This document shows, in pieces, positions 1 through 10,154 of a DNA stretch of 64,000 nucleotides. Numbering within the stretch: position 1 is the stretch's first letter; each line of letters starts with the position of its first letter. The position numbers and the translations under genes are program-made. Source of the DNA: an uncultured Verrucomicrobiota bacterium (lineage in GTDB: Bacteria > Verrucomicrobiota > Verrucomicrobiia > Limisphaerales > UBA9464); the NCBI GenBank assembly GCA_903907995.1, contig CAIVQH010000046.1:212396-276395 (forward strand), given 5' to 3'. The notes below the pieces were generated by a model, which did no database searches, was not told the origin of the DNA, and saw nothing but the letters and a program-made list of their open reading frames with translations.

Positions 1-1660
1 GCAGGCGCTTCTGTCGGAGCGTCCAGTCGGCGAACTTCTTCGGCCCCAGTTCCAGCAGCAGGTCACGCGTGCCCTTTGGCAGCGGCTCCGGGTGGCCTCC
101 CGGCCGGATGGCGGAAGCTTTCGGCGGCACCGGCGCATCGACCACCTTCGCCGGCTTGTAGCCCTTGGCGTGCGGGTTGCCGTTCACGATCACGTTGCCG
201 AGGAAGTTCAGCAGCTTGGTCGCGCGGTCGCGGCGGGTCTTGAAGGTGAAGAGTTCCGGCGAGGTGTCGATCAGCGTGGTCGTGGCCTGGCCGCTGCGGA
301 ACTGCTCGTGGCGGATGACGTTCTCGACGAAGGGAATGTTCGTCTTCAGCCCGCGGATGCGGAACTCCGAGAGCGCACGCGACATGCGGTCCATGGCGAT
401 CTGGTAGGTCTGGCCCGAGGCGATGACTTTCACGAGCATCGAGTCGTAGAAGGGTGTGATGACCGCGCCGGTGTAGCCCATCGCGCCGTCCAGCCGGATG
501 CCAAAGCCGCCGGGCGAGCGGTAGGCCAGGATCTTGCCGTAGTCCGGCATGAACTTGTTCTCCGGGTCCTCGGTGGTGACGCGTGACTGGATGGCGTAGC
601 CATTCCGCTGGACCTGGTTCTGCACCGGCATCCCGACCTCCTTCGAGTGCAAGGCATGTCCCTGTGCGATCAGGATCTGGGCGCGCACGAGATCAAGACC
701 CGTGATCACTTCCGTGACCGTGTGCTCCACCTGGATGCGCGGGTTCATCTCGATGAAGAACCACTCGTGCTTTTCGAGGTCGTAGAGGAACTCGATCGTG
801 CCGGCGTTGTCGTACTTCACCTCGCGGGCCATGCGCGCGGCGGCGTCACACAGCTCCCGAATGACATGTTCCGGCAGGCCGAAGGACGGCGCGACCTCGA
901 TGACCTTCTGGTGGCGGCGCTGCACCGAGCAGTCGCGCTCGTAGAGGTGGATGACGTTGCCGTGCTTGTCGCCGAGGATCTGCACCTCGATGTGCTTCGC
1001 ACGCGGGATGTATTTCTCGAGGAACACCGCGCCGTTGCCGAAGGCCCGGGCCGCCTCGCCCTGCGCCTCGTCGAGCAGCCCGGCGAGATCCGCCTCCTGC
1101 TTGACCACGCGCATGCCGCGTCCGCCGCCACCGAAGGCCGCCTTGATGATGAGCGGGAAGCCGATCTGCTTGGCCGTCTTGAGGGCTTCCTTGCGGTCGG
1201 AAATGGGTTCCTCCGTGCCGGGCAACACCGGCACGTTGATGCGCTGGGCAAGCGCCCGCGCGGCCGTCTTGTCGCCCATCATCTCCAGCAGTTCGGGGCG
1301 TGGTCCCACGAAGGTGATGCCGGCCTTGGCGCAGGCGCGGGCGAACGCGGGGTTCTCGCTCAGGAAGCCGTAGCCGGGATGGATGGCATCGACGCCCTTC
1401 TCCTTCGCCGTGGCGACGATGGAATCGATGTCGAGGTAGGCCGCGACCGGGCCCTTGCCCTGGCCGATGAGGTAGGATTCGTCCGCCTTGAAGCGGTGGA
1501 GGCAGAAGCGGTCCTCCTGCGCATAGATCGCGACGGTGCGGAGTCCCAGTTCGGTGCCCGCCCGGAAAATGCGGACGGCGATCTCGGAACGGTTCGCCGC
1601 CATGAGCTTCTTGAACTCACGGCGACCGGCGGGAGCGGTGGAGGCGGAAAGGTTCGTCAT
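1..1660 (-). CDS. pyc: pyruvate carboxylase, N-terminal biotin-carboxylase/ATP-grasp part (C-terminal part lies beyond the window edge)
   Basis: Minus-strand ATG at 1660 gives MTNLSASTAPAGRREFKKLMAANRSEIAVRIFRA...YLDIDSIVATAKEKGVDAIHPGYGFLSENPAFARACAKAGITFVGP...EMNPRIQVEHTVTE.... Reads >550 aa with no stop through the PC-specific linker (TLIDTSPELFTFKTRRDRATKLLNFLG), which is too long for AccC. Absent from the ORF track because no stop lies in the window. The + ORFs 92..586 and 647..2284 are antisense artefacts. Confidence 0.8.
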   Translation of the reverse strand, partial: MTNLSASTAPAGRREFKKLMAANRSEIAVRIFRAGTELGLRTVAIYAQEDRFCLHRFKADESYLIGQGKGPVAAYLDIDSIVATAKEKGVDAIHPGYGFLSENPAFARACAKAGITFVGPRPELLEMMGDKTAARALAQRINVPVLPGTEEPISDRKEALKTAKQIGFPLIIKAAFGGGGRGMRVVKQEADLAGLLDEAQGEAARAFGNGAVFLEKYIPRAKHIEVQILGDKHGNVIHLYERDCSVQRRHQKVIEVAPSFGLPEHVIRELCDAAARMAREVKYDNAGTIEFLYDLEKHEWFFIEMNPRIQVEHTVTEVITGLDLVRAQILIAQGHALHSKEVGMPVQNQVQRNGYAIQSRVTTEDPENKFMPDYGKILAYRSPGGFGIRLDGAMGYTGAVITPFYDSMLVKVIASGQTYQIAMDRMSRALSEFRIRGLKTNIPFVENVIRHEQFRSGQATTTLIDTSPELFTFKTRRDRATKLLNFLGNVIVNGNPHAKGYKPAKVVDAPVPPKASAIRPGGHPEPLPKGTRDLLLELGPKKFADWTLRQKRL

Positions 1661-1721
1661 ATCGGCGCGCCAAACCTGACAAAACCCGCCCCTGTTGGGG
1701 AAGGGAAAGAAACGCCGTCAA

Positions 1722-3371
1722 CTACCGGCCCAACCGGAACTCGACGGCACGGTCGCGCGGGGAGCCGAGGCGGTTTTTGCGGACGGCATCCTGGGCATCC
1801 GTGGCCTGCTGGCTGGCGGCGATCAGCTTTTTTGCGAGCTGGTCACGCTGTTTTTCCAGATCTCGCACCTTGGCCTCCAGCGAGCGGATGGTACGGGTGT
1901 CGGCGGCGCGCGGAGACGCGGCGGCGGCCAGTTCGGCGGACTTCAGCCGCTGCAGCAGGTCCGTCTTTTCCTGTTCGAGACGGACACGCTGGCCATCCGA
2001 CTCGGTCAGCAGGGTCTTCAGCTCGCTCTCGCGCGCAAAGCTTTCGCGCACCGAATCCCGCAGGCGCGACGCCTCGTTCTCAAGCAGTTTCAATTGCACC
2101 ACCAACGCCGGATCGGAAGCCGCCGCCGTGGCGCCGTTTTTGTCCGTGGGCGGTGGCCCGGCAAGTTTGGTCGCGGCCAGACGTTCCTCGGCCGCCTTCA
2201 GTTGGGCCTGCAGTTCGGTCCGCTCGGCCTTCTCGGCGGCCAGCGCGGTCTCGACCTGTTTGGCGGCGGCCAACTGGTCCGTGAGCGCGGTGACCCGGGC
2301 GGTCAGTGACTTGTTGTCCTCCTCCAGCCGGGTGCGGACGCCCTTCTCCTTCAGCAACTGGACGGCGACCTCCTCGGCATGCGCGTTGATGCGGCTGGCG
2401 TCGGCCCGGGCCACGGCCAGGTCGGTCTCCAGCTTGTTCAGGCGCACGATGCTTTCCTCGCTCTGGCGCGCGCGCAGGTCGTTCACCTGCTTCTCCAGCT
2501 TGCCCTTGTCGAGGATGAGCTGCTCATTTTGCTGGGAGGTTTCATCCAGCTTGGCCTGGAGCTTCGCGAGCCGGGCGGAAAGGTCGGCAATCTGTTTGCC
2601 CCGTTCCGTGTCAGACTTCAGTTCGCCCACCTGTGACTTGAGCGTGCGGTTCTCGCCCTTGAGCTGCTTGAGTTCCCCGTCCTGCAGCCGCTTTAGCTCG
2701 GCTTCCAGCGCGGCCTTCTCCTTGGCCAGCGCGTTCGCTCCGAGCTTCTGGTCGAGCAACTGGCGGTTCGCCTCGTTGAGCGCGGACTGCGCCTCCTCGG
2801 CGACGACCTTGTCCACGAGGTTTTTCCGTTCGGCCTGCTGCTGCTCCAGCGTGGCCAGCAGCACCTTGTTCGTTTCCTGAAGGGTGCCGATGCGCTCGAC
2901 CGCCTGCTGAAGTTCCTTCGGGTCCACCGGGGCCGGCTGGGCGGAAAGCGCCTCGCGCAGCCTGGCCTCCAGCAGCTTCTTGTCGCCGGCCAGCTGGGCG
3001 ATCTGGGCGTTCAGCGCGTTGAACTGGCTGATGACCTCGCCGCTGGGGGCCAGCTCACTGGCCGGAACCCCGGGGGAGGCCGGCACCACCGGATCCTTCG
3101 CCGGTTCAGCGGCGTTAGGATCGGGCGGCAGCGAGGCCAGCTTTTCAGCCACGTACCGCAGACGGTAGGCGATGACCCGCTCGTTCCAGGTCGGGTAGCT
3201 GCGGCGCAGCTCGGCCAGCTTCTGCTGCGCTTCGGCATAGGCCCGGCGCGCCACGCTGATCTGCCCCCCGTCACGCGAGGCGTCCGCCTGCTGGATCAGG
3301 TTGTAAACGACGATGAAGTCGTCATCGGCCCCCGCAAAGGCGCGGGTGGCCAGCGCGATGACAAGACCCAT
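1722..3371 (-). CDS. secreted/periplasmic long coiled-coil protein (hypothetical)
   Basis: ATG at 3371 gives MGLVIALATRAFA signal peptide; ~500 aa of heptad-like A/E/K/L/Q-rich coiled coil. The track ORF starts at a GTG at 3392. Confidence 0.55.
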   Translation of the reverse strand: MGLVIALATRAFAGADDDFIVVYNLIQQADASRDGGQISVARRAYAEAQQKLAELRRSYPTWNERVIAYRLRYVAEKLASLPPDPNAAEPAKDPVVPASPGVPASELAPSGEVISQFNALNAQIAQLAGDKKLLEARLREALSAQPAPVDPKELQQAVERIGTLQETNKVLLATLEQQQAERKNLVDKVVAEEAQSALNEANRQLLDQKLGANALAKEKAALEAELKRLQDGELKQLKGENRTLKSQVGELKSDTERGKQIADLSARLAKLQAKLDETSQQNEQLILDKGKLEKQVNDLRARQSEESIVRLNKLETDLAVARADASRINAHAEEVAVQLLKEKGVRTRLEEDNKSLTARVTALTDQLAAAKQVETALAAEKAERTELQAQLKAAEERLAATKLAGPPPTDKNGATAAASDPALVVQLKLLENEASRLRDSVRESFARESELKTLLTESDGQRVRLEQEKTDLLQRLKSAELAAAASPRAADTRTIRSLEAKVRDLEKQRDQLAKKLIAASQQATDAQDAVRKNRLGSPRDRAVEFRLGR

Positions 3372-3450
3372 CAGGGTGGCAAAACGGAGCACGGCTCAGG
3401 ATATAACGGCGCGGCGGCCGGAACGCCAGCGGCGGAAGCAAAAAGTGCGC

Positions 3451-6288
3451 TCAGGCCGGCGCCAGCCGCGAGATCGCCGCCATCAGGCGCAGCTCAATCT
3501 CCTTCTGCCGCACGGGATCGGTGATGCGTGACCCACCGACTTCGGTGACGTAAAAGCTGTCGATGGCCGCCCCCTTTTCCGTGACGATCTTGGCCAGGGC
3601 CAGGTCGAGGCCAAGCTCGCTGAACTCCGTCGAGACCGCGAAGAGAAGGCCAACCCGGTCTTCCGTCTCGATGTCGATGATGGTGCGGTTGAGCGAGGTG
3701 GAATTGTCGAAGCGGATGATGGTGCCCAGCGATTCGCCGCCCACCGCGCGATACAGCGGCTGGTAGCCGGTGCCCTTGCCCAGCAGCCGCGCGGGGTCGG
3801 CATCCCGCACCAGCACATCCAGCGCGATCTTCTCGAAGCGCTCGCGCACGGCGGCGACGGGCAGCTTGCCGGAGCGCGCGTCCACCACGAAAAAGTCGTC
3901 GAGCACGACGCCGTCGGCCCGTGTGTAAATCTGCGCGGCCATGATGTTCAGGCCGGCGGCGGCGAGGGCACCGGTCAGCTTGGCAAAGAGGCCGCTGCGA
4001 TCCCAGGTGCAGATGTGCAGGCCCGTGTAGCCCCGGTCCGGTTCGTCGTGCCAGACGAAGACCGGTTCCAGCGCCCGGTCGTCCTCGGTGAACTGCAGGT
4101 GCATGAACCGGTGCGCCAGCGTGAGGTCGCGGGCCACGGCCCGGGCGTTGTGAATCTGGAAATAACGCGGCGGCAGCCCGGTGAAATGGGCGTCGATCTC
4201 CTCGTCGGAAAAGGTCTTCGGCAGCACGTCGCGGACCTCCTCGCGCAGCAGCTCGAGCTGGCGGCGTTCAGCGCGGATGAATTCGGTGCTGCCGCCCAGC
4301 AGGTCGCGGGTCTTGCGCCAGAGCTGCCAAAGCAGCGAGTCCTTGAAGCCGTTCCAGAGCGTGTCGCTGGTGCCCATCGAATCGGCGAAGGTGTGCAGCG
4401 TCAGCAGGTCGAGCGTCTCCTGGTTTTTGATCTGGCGGGCGAACTGTTGGATGACCTCCGGATCTTCCAGATCACGCCGCTGGCTGACCTGCACCATCGC
4501 GAGATGCTGCTCAATGAGCAGGCGCAGGGTCGCGGTGGTGGCGGCGTCGAGATGCAGGCGGTTGGAGGCGCGGATGGCCAGGCGGCCACCGACAATCTCG
4601 TGCCGCTCGCCCGGGATGGCCTTGCCCGAATCGTGCAGGAGCAGCGCCAGGTACAGCACGTAGGGCCGCTCCAGCCGCTGGAAGATTTCCGTGTAGCCGC
4701 TGGCCGGAGTCGTGGCGGCCTCCCAGACCTGATCAAGCTTGGTCAGGCAGACCAGGGTATGCTCATCCACCGCGTACTGGTGGTAGAACTCGTGCTGGAC
4801 GAGATTCGTGAGCTTGCCGAACTCGGGCATGTACTTGCCGAGAAAGCCCACCTCGTGCATCGCCCGCAGCGCCGGGGCGACATTCCCGCGCGCGTTCAGG
4901 ATCTCGATGAAGGTGTCCCGCACGTGGCGGGTCATCATGAAGCTGCGGTCCACCAGGCCGGACGCCACCGACTGCCGCATCAGCTGCGCCAGGTCCGGAT
5001 GCAGGGTCAGCCCGCGCTGCTGCAGGTAGAGGAAGGCCCGCATCAGCCGGTGCGGATCCTCCCGGAACACACCACGGGAACCGGCGAGCAGCTCGCTGCC
5101 AACGACCCGGAAGCCATCCAGCTCGGTGGCGGCCACGGCTGGCGCGGCCCGGCGGCCGACAAACCGGCGCAGCCCCCAGACCGGCGACGGCACCAGCGCC
5201 AGGCGCTGCTCCAGGGTGCGGGTGATGAGATAGAGATTGCGCGCGTGCGTGTAATAGTCGCGCATGAACTCCTCAACCCGGAGCCGGGGCGAACGCGCGG
5301 AGTAACCCAGCCCCGACGCCACGGCGGGCTTCACATTGGCGGCCAGCACGTCCACCGGACGCTCGGTGACATAGTGGAGCTCGTTGCGCGTGCGGAGCAG
5401 GTAGTCGTAGGCGGCCTCCAGCTGCTTGCGCTCCGCCGCACCGATCTGCTCGGCGGCCTGCAGTTCGGCGGTCGTGCGCAGCCCCAGCTTGAAAAAGGTC
5501 ATCCAGAGCAGGTTCTGGTAGTCGCGCAGGCCGCCGCAGCCGTTCTTGATGTTCGGCTCCTGCATGGCTGCCGAATCGCCGTGCTTGGCCCGGCGGGTCT
5601 TCTGGTCGGCGAGGCGCAGCCGGATGTATTCGTCCTCATGGCCATGCACGCACTTGGCCACGAACTTCGTCTGCATCTCCTGGAACAGCTTCTCGTCGCC
5701 AGTGATCAGCCGGGCTTCCAGCAGCGAGGTCTTTGACTGCATGTCGGTGTTCGCCACGGCGATGCAGTCCTCGACGGTGCGGACCGCGTGGCCGACCTTC
5801 AGGCCCATGTCCCAGAGGGTGTAAAGCAGGCCGCTGGTCCACTCGCCCAGGGTCGTCTGGGTTTTCTTGCCCGGATCGATCCCGCCGGCGTGCAGGAACA
5901 TCAGGTCGATGTCGCTGCACGGGTTCAGCTCCCCCCGGCCGTAGCCGCCAAAGGCGACCAGGGCGATGCGCGGGGGCTTGCCCTGGGCGGGAAAGGCCCG
6001 CTGCACGGTCTCGAAGATGTGCCGGATCATCACATCCATGACCGCCGCCCGGGCGCGACAGACTGCCAGGCCGCTCTCCCCGCCGCGATGGAGGATCTTC
6101 AGGCGGTGGGATTCCTCCTTGAGGAATCCCTTGTAGCGCGCGAGTTCCTCCGCCGGCTTGCGGCCGGGAGGAACCGGCAGGCGCTTGTCGGCGTTGGCCT
6201 CAATCTTGGCGAGCAGTGCCTTCACGCGCGGCGGAAGGTGGGGGTTTCGCCGGTCGGGTTCAAGTGCGCGGGTGGTCTCCCTTCCCAA
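3451..6288 (-). CDS. glnD: [protein-PII] uridylyltransferase / uridylyl-removing enzyme
   Basis: 945-aa ORF with nucleotidyltransferase motif GGYGRGELNPCSDIDLMFL, HD domain (HLAMVQ...LLHDSGK) and two C-terminal ACT-like segments. Start is non-ATG (TTG at 6288), so exact N-terminus uncertain. Confidence 0.85.
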   Translation of the reverse strand: MGRETTRALEPDRRNPHLPPRVKALLAKIEANADKRLPVPPGRKPAEELARYKGFLKEESHRLKILHRGGESGLAVCRARAAVMDVMIRHIFETVQRAFPAQGKPPRIALVAFGGYGRGELNPCSDIDLMFLHAGGIDPGKKTQTTLGEWTSGLLYTLWDMGLKVGHAVRTVEDCIAVANTDMQSKTSLLEARLITGDEKLFQEMQTKFVAKCVHGHEDEYIRLRLADQKTRRAKHGDSAAMQEPNIKNGCGGLRDYQNLLWMTFFKLGLRTTAELQAAEQIGAAERKQLEAAYDYLLRTRNELHYVTERPVDVLAANVKPAVASGLGYSARSPRLRVEEFMRDYYTHARNLYLITRTLEQRLALVPSPVWGLRRFVGRRAAPAVAATELDGFRVVGSELLAGSRGVFREDPHRLMRAFLYLQQRGLTLHPDLAQLMRQSVASGLVDRSFMMTRHVRDTFIEILNARGNVAPALRAMHEVGFLGKYMPEFGKLTNLVQHEFYHQYAVDEHTLVCLTKLDQVWEAATTPASGYTEIFQRLERPYVLYLALLLHDSGKAIPGERHEIVGGRLAIRASNRLHLDAATTATLRLLIEQHLAMVQVSQRRDLEDPEVIQQFARQIKNQETLDLLTLHTFADSMGTSDTLWNGFKDSLLWQLWRKTRDLLGGSTEFIRAERRQLELLREEVRDVLPKTFSDEEIDAHFTGLPPRYFQIHNARAVARDLTLAHRFMHLQFTEDDRALEPVFVWHDEPDRGYTGLHICTWDRSGLFAKLTGALAAAGLNIMAAQIYTRADGVVLDDFFVVDARSGKLPVAAVRERFEKIALDVLVRDADPARLLGKGTGYQPLYRAVGGESLGTIIRFDNSTSLNRTIIDIETEDRVGLLFAVSTEFSELGLDLALAKIVTEKGAAIDSFYVTEVGGSRITDPVRQKEIELRLMAAISRLAPA

Positions 6289-6451
6289 TCATGGTCTTGC
6301 TCTTGATCTTAATCGTGGAAAGACGAGCGACGGTGATTGCGATCAGGATCAAGAGTAAGAGCAAGAGCATGATTGCCCCGCGGCCGGCGGAAATACTTCG
6401 CCCGCCCTGCAACCTTGTTGCCGTCGCGGTTTTTCACGACCCTACCTGGAG

Positions 6452-7051
6452 ATGCCCGCCCCGCCGGATGCCGATGCCGACCTGATGCTGCGTGTCAAAC
6501 GCGGCGACCGGGAGGCATTTGACGCCCTCATGCAGCGGTGGCAGCAGCCGGTGATCAGCTTCGTTTACCGCACCCTGCCCGATGCGGACGAGGCGGAGGA
6601 CCTTTCGCAGGCGGTGTTTGTTCAGCTGTGGAAAAGCGCCGGCCGCTACGAGGTTTCGGCCCGGTTCAGCACTTTTCTCTTCACCATCGCGCGCAACCTG
6701 TGCCTCAACGAGCTCCGCCGCCGCGCCCGGCATCCGGCCGATTCGCTCGACGAGGCGCCCCCGGACGACGAGGCGCATCCCTACCGCCAGATCGAGGACC
6801 GCCGGGAAGCCTCCGCCAGCGACGCGACCCAGAGCGCCGAACTCGTCACCAAGGTGCAGGAAGCCCTCGACGCGCTCCCCGAAAAGCAGCGCACCGCCAT
6901 CCTGCTCTGCCGCGAGGGCGAATTGAGCTACGAGGAGATCGCCGACCTGCTCGGCACCTCGCTCCAGGCCACCAAGTCCCTCATCCACCGCGGCCGGGAA
7001 ACCCTCAAGGCGCGGCTGAAGCCGTACCTGCGCACCGGAGAGTGGTCATGA
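6452..7051 (+). CDS. RNA polymerase sigma-70 ECF-family sigma factor
   Basis: Region 2 (FVQLWKSAGRYE...FSTFLFTIARN) and region 4 (LPEKQRTAILLCREGELSYEEIADLLGTSLQATKSLIHRGRETL) signatures; ATG start. Confidence 0.85.
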   Translation: MPAPPDADADLMLRVKRGDREAFDALMQRWQQPVISFVYRTLPDADEAEDLSQAVFVQLWKSAGRYEVSARFSTFLFTIARNLCLNELRRRARHPADSLDEAPPDDEAHPYRQIEDRREASASDATQSAELVTKVQEALDALPEKQRTAILLCREGELSYEEIADLLGTSLQATKSLIHRGRETLKARLKPYLRTGEWS

Positions 7052-7100
7052 CACATTGCAGCAACTTTTCCCCCACCCCGGTTTTTGACAGGAGGCTCGC

Positions 7101-7601
7101 ATGAACACGCCCGATCCCAATGCCGACTGGCTCGACGCCATCGAAAGCCGCCGGCTGACGCCGGCCGAGGCCGAGGCGCTGCGTCGCCGCTTGGAAAACC
7201 ATCCGCGCGAACGCGCCCGGTTGGCCGAGGAACTGGCCCTCAACGCCGCGTTGGAAGCGCTGCCGGCACCCCCCGCCCCCACTAATTTTGCCGCCCGGGT
7301 CTGGGCCGACATCGAGCGCGACGAACGCGCCGCCCGCCGTCGCCCGACTGGCTGGCTGGGCTGGCTCGGCCGCCTGCGTCCGGCCCGGCTGGTCGGTTTT
7401 GCCACTCTCATGGTCGCAGTCGCAGGTGGCTGGTGGCAGATCCAGCTCCACGAGCATTCAGTGCTCGCCGCCAACGCCGCCGAACTGGCTCAGACCGTCC
7501 CCGATGTGGATCTTTTGCGTGATTTCGAGGCGATTCAGGCCCTGAGAACCGCGCCCAAGGCCAGCGATGTGGACCTGATGAGTGCCCTGGCCCAGCAGTA
7601 A
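7101..7601 (+). CDS. putative anti-sigma factor (single TM)
   Basis: Directly follows the ECF sigma; GGAGG SD 5 nt upstream of ATG; one TM helix (LVGFATLMVAVAGGWW) after an Arg-rich cytoplasmic N-terminus. Assignment is positional. Confidence 0.55.
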   Translation: MNTPDPNADWLDAIESRRLTPAEAEALRRRLENHPRERARLAEELALNAALEALPAPPAPTNFAARVWADIERDERAARRRPTGWLGWLGRLRPARLVGFATLMVAVAGGWWQIQLHEHSVLAANAAELAQTVPDVDLLRDFEAIQALRTAPKASDVDLMSALAQQ

Positions 7602-7624
7602 GCGGCGAAACCCCACTGGCGACC

Positions 7625-8578
7625 ATGAACCTCCGTTGGCGAACCCTGTTTCCGCTCTTGCTGGCCGCTGGCCAGATGGCCCTGGCGGAACCGGCCTCGC
7701 CGATGTCGCAGCCACCACTGCCGCCCCTGGCCAAGTCGCTCGCGGAACAGTTTCGCGAGCTGCTCGCCGCCAACCCGGCGGAACGCCAGCGGCTGCTCGC
7801 CGGCCGTACTCCCGAGGCCCGCGTGGTGATCACGGCCAAGCTCAAGGAATTTGAGACTCTCTCATCGGCCGAGCGCGAGGTGCGCCTGCAGGTTGCCCAG
7901 CTCCAGTTTTACCTGTCGTCTTTGCTCCGGGCGGAACCGGAGGCCCGCACCAATCTCCTGAGCCGCGTCCCCGCCGAGGATCGCCCCCTGCTCGAGGAGC
8001 GGTTGAAGGCCTGGGATGCGCTTAGCCCGGAAGCACGTCAGGACATTCTCGACAGCGAGAAGTCGCTCTCCCATTTCGTCCGCCAGGAAAGCGCCGATCC
8101 CCAGCAGCTTTCCACCGCGCTGACCAAGGTGCCCGCTCCCGCCCGCCCGGAAATCGAGGCCCAGTTCGCCCGCTGGAGCGCCCTGCCCGCCGAGGAACGC
8201 GCCCGGAAGACGGCCAATTTCCAGCGCTTCTTCGATCTGAGTGAAAGCGAGCGCAACCGCACCCTGAACCGGCTGCCTGACACCGAGCGCCGGCAGATGG
8301 AGGTCGCGCTCGCCCGTTTTGCCGGCCTGCCGGCCGAGCAGCGCGACCGCTACCTGCGCGCCTTCCACCGCCTGGCCACCCTGTCGGCGGAGGAACGGGC
8401 GGAGTTTCTCGGCAACGCCGCCAAATGGCAGGCCATGTCCGCCGACGAGCGCAAGGCCTGGCGCAACCTCGTGCAGAACGCCCTGCGCCCGCCGCTGCCG
8501 CCGCCGCCGCTGCCGTTGCGCCGGACCGGAACGTCTTTGGTGGCCACGAACACCCCGGCGCAACACCTGCCAAACTGA
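7625..8578 (+). CDS. periplasmic repeat protein (DUF3106-like), third gene of the ECF module
   Basis: Signal peptide MNLRWRTLFPLLLAAGQMALA; repeated ~35-aa units (...LS..ER......F..L...ER...L...), the pattern of DUF3106 proteins commonly downstream of ECF/anti-sigma pairs. Confidence 0.55.
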   Translation: MNLRWRTLFPLLLAAGQMALAEPASPMSQPPLPPLAKSLAEQFRELLAANPAERQRLLAGRTPEARVVITAKLKEFETLSSAEREVRLQVAQLQFYLSSLLRAEPEARTNLLSRVPAEDRPLLEERLKAWDALSPEARQDILDSEKSLSHFVRQESADPQQLSTALTKVPAPARPEIEAQFARWSALPAEERARKTANFQRFFDLSESERNRTLNRLPDTERRQMEVALARFAGLPAEQRDRYLRAFHRLATLSAEERAEFLGNAAKWQAMSADERKAWRNLVQNALRPPLPPPPLPLRRTGTSLVATNTPAQHLPN

Positions 8579-8637
8579 AGGCGGTTTGAAGAAACCAGTT
8601 TCACCGTGAGTCGGTGTGGTTCAGACTGAACGCATCC

Positions 8638-9498
8638 ATGAAACACATTCTCGCCCTGCTGCTGGCCGCCCTGGCTGTTTTCCCCGTCCGGGCCGACAAA
8701 TCCATCGTGCTGATCGCCGGCACCCCGAGCCATGGCAAGGGTGAGCACGAGTTCCGCGCGGGCTGCCTGCTGCTGGCCGAGTGCCTGAACAAGGTTCCCG
8801 GCATCCACGCCAGCGTGGTCAGCAACGGCTGGCCGGAAGATGTCTCCATCCTCCGCTCGGCGAACGCCATCCTGCTCTACGCCGACGGCGGCGACGGCCA
8901 TCCCGCGATCAAGCCCGACCGCCTCAAGCTGCTCGACGAGCTGGCCTCCAAGGGCGTGGGCATCGGCGCCGCGCATTACGGCGTGGAAGTCCCGGCGGGC
9001 GATCCGGGCTTCGCGATGTTGCACTGGACCGGCGGCTATTTTGAGACGTTCTGGAGCATCAATCCGACGTGGAAGGCGGATTTCACCGGCCTGCCGTCGC
9101 ACCCGATCACCCGCGGCGTGCGGCCCTTCGCGATCAACGACGAGTGGTATTACCACATGCGCTTCGCCCCGGAGATGAAGGGAGTCACACCCATCCTCAG
9201 CGCGGTCCCACCAAAGAATACGGTCGGCCCGAACGGCCCGCACAGCGGTAACCCCTTCGTGCGCTCCGAGGTCGAGCGCGGCGAGGAGCAGACCCTGATG
9301 TGGGCCTTTGAACGGCCGGGTGGCGGGCGCGGCTTCGGCTTCACCGGCGGCCACTACCACTCGAACTGGGGCAACAACAACTTCCGTAAGGTCGTGCTGA
9401 ACGCCCTCGTCTGGATCGCCAAGGGCGAGATCCCGGGCGGCGGCGTCGAATCGACCGTCACGCCGGAACAGCTGAAGCTGAACCAGGACACGAAGTAA
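8638..9498 (+). CDS. ThuA-like (trehalose-utilisation, class-I glutamine-amidotransferase-like) secreted protein
   Basis: ATG at 8638 gives signal peptide MKHILALLLAALAVFPVRA; body ...SIVLIAGTPSHGKGEHEF...LLYADGGDGHP...GIGAAHYGVE...FTGGHYHSNWGN... resembles the ThuA family. Confidence 0.65.
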   Translation: MKHILALLLAALAVFPVRADKSIVLIAGTPSHGKGEHEFRAGCLLLAECLNKVPGIHASVVSNGWPEDVSILRSANAILLYADGGDGHPAIKPDRLKLLDELASKGVGIGAAHYGVEVPAGDPGFAMLHWTGGYFETFWSINPTWKADFTGLPSHPITRGVRPFAINDEWYYHMRFAPEMKGVTPILSAVPPKNTVGPNGPHSGNPFVRSEVERGEEQTLMWAFERPGGGRGFGFTGGHYHSNWGNNNFRKVVLNALVWIAKGEIPGGGVESTVTPEQLKLNQDTK

Positions 9499-9580
9499 CG
9501 GGGGCGCCTGGAGGGTTCGTGGGACTGTCGATGGGCTGGTGCTTGTGAAACTTGGCGGCCCCTTCTAGCTTTCCGCCCCG

Positions 9581-9955
9581 ATGTCGCCGTTCCAGATCAT
9601 CTTCAATCCCACCAGCGCCGCCGAGCTGGCAAAGCTGCCCAAGGATCTCCAGCTCCATGTGCTCGGTGAGTTCCGGGGATTGCCCCGTGAGCTCCAGGGC
9701 GACGGCGCGGATTTCGGGCATCTCACCCGCGCCCAGCGCACGCTTACGCGCTACCGGCTGGGCGACTACCGGGTCTATTTCGAGCGGCATCCGCTCGGCG
9801 TGGTCGTCCACCGCATCCTCAGCAAGCACACGCTGAAAGATTTCCTCTTCCGCTCGAACCTCGACGGCAACGGGGAAGACGCCAAGCTGCAGGACAACCC
9901 AAAGTTCTGGGAACTGATCGAGCAGGCCAAGGGCGCAGCGAAAAAGGCTTCCTGA
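9581..9955 (+). CDS. RelE/ParE-family toxin-like protein with ~30-aa C-terminal extension; no adjacent antitoxin seen
   Basis: MSPFQIIFNPTSAAELAKLPKDLQLHVLGEF...YRLGDYRVYFERHPLGVVVHRILSKHTLKD matches the RelE/ParE fold signature (..YRiRvGDYRiiY.id......vlrIghRkd). Flanks are only 83 and 200 bp and contain no small ORF. Confidence 0.5.
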   Translation: MSPFQIIFNPTSAAELAKLPKDLQLHVLGEFRGLPRELQGDGADFGHLTRAQRTLTRYRLGDYRVYFERHPLGVVVHRILSKHTLKDFLFRSNLDGNGEDAKLQDNPKFWELIEQAKGAAKKAS

Positions 9956-10154
9956 AACGCCACGAACCGGAAATCCGGTTTCGCGAAAAGCAGGAAGCGG
10001 ATTGGCAAACGAAGGCGGGCTGATTCCTGCGGTTCGCAGCCGCCGAGCGCCTGCAGAAGGTTATTCACCACCCAAACGGGGCACTTTGTGAACAACTCTT
10101 TACCGCATCGCCATTAGGACGTCACTGACCCGTCGCAACTTTGGGAGCGAAGCG

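Noticed and set aside
647-2284. 545-aa + strand ORF (and 92..586, 165..407, 951..1373)
   Set aside because: Ala/Arg/Gly-rich translation typical of antisense reading of a high-GC gene. It is fully overlapped by the convincingly homologous pyruvate carboxylase gene on the minus strand.
4015-5736. 573-aa + strand ORF inside glnD
   Set aside because: Antisense artefact; glnD on the minus strand has clear nucleotidyltransferase, HD and ACT motifs.
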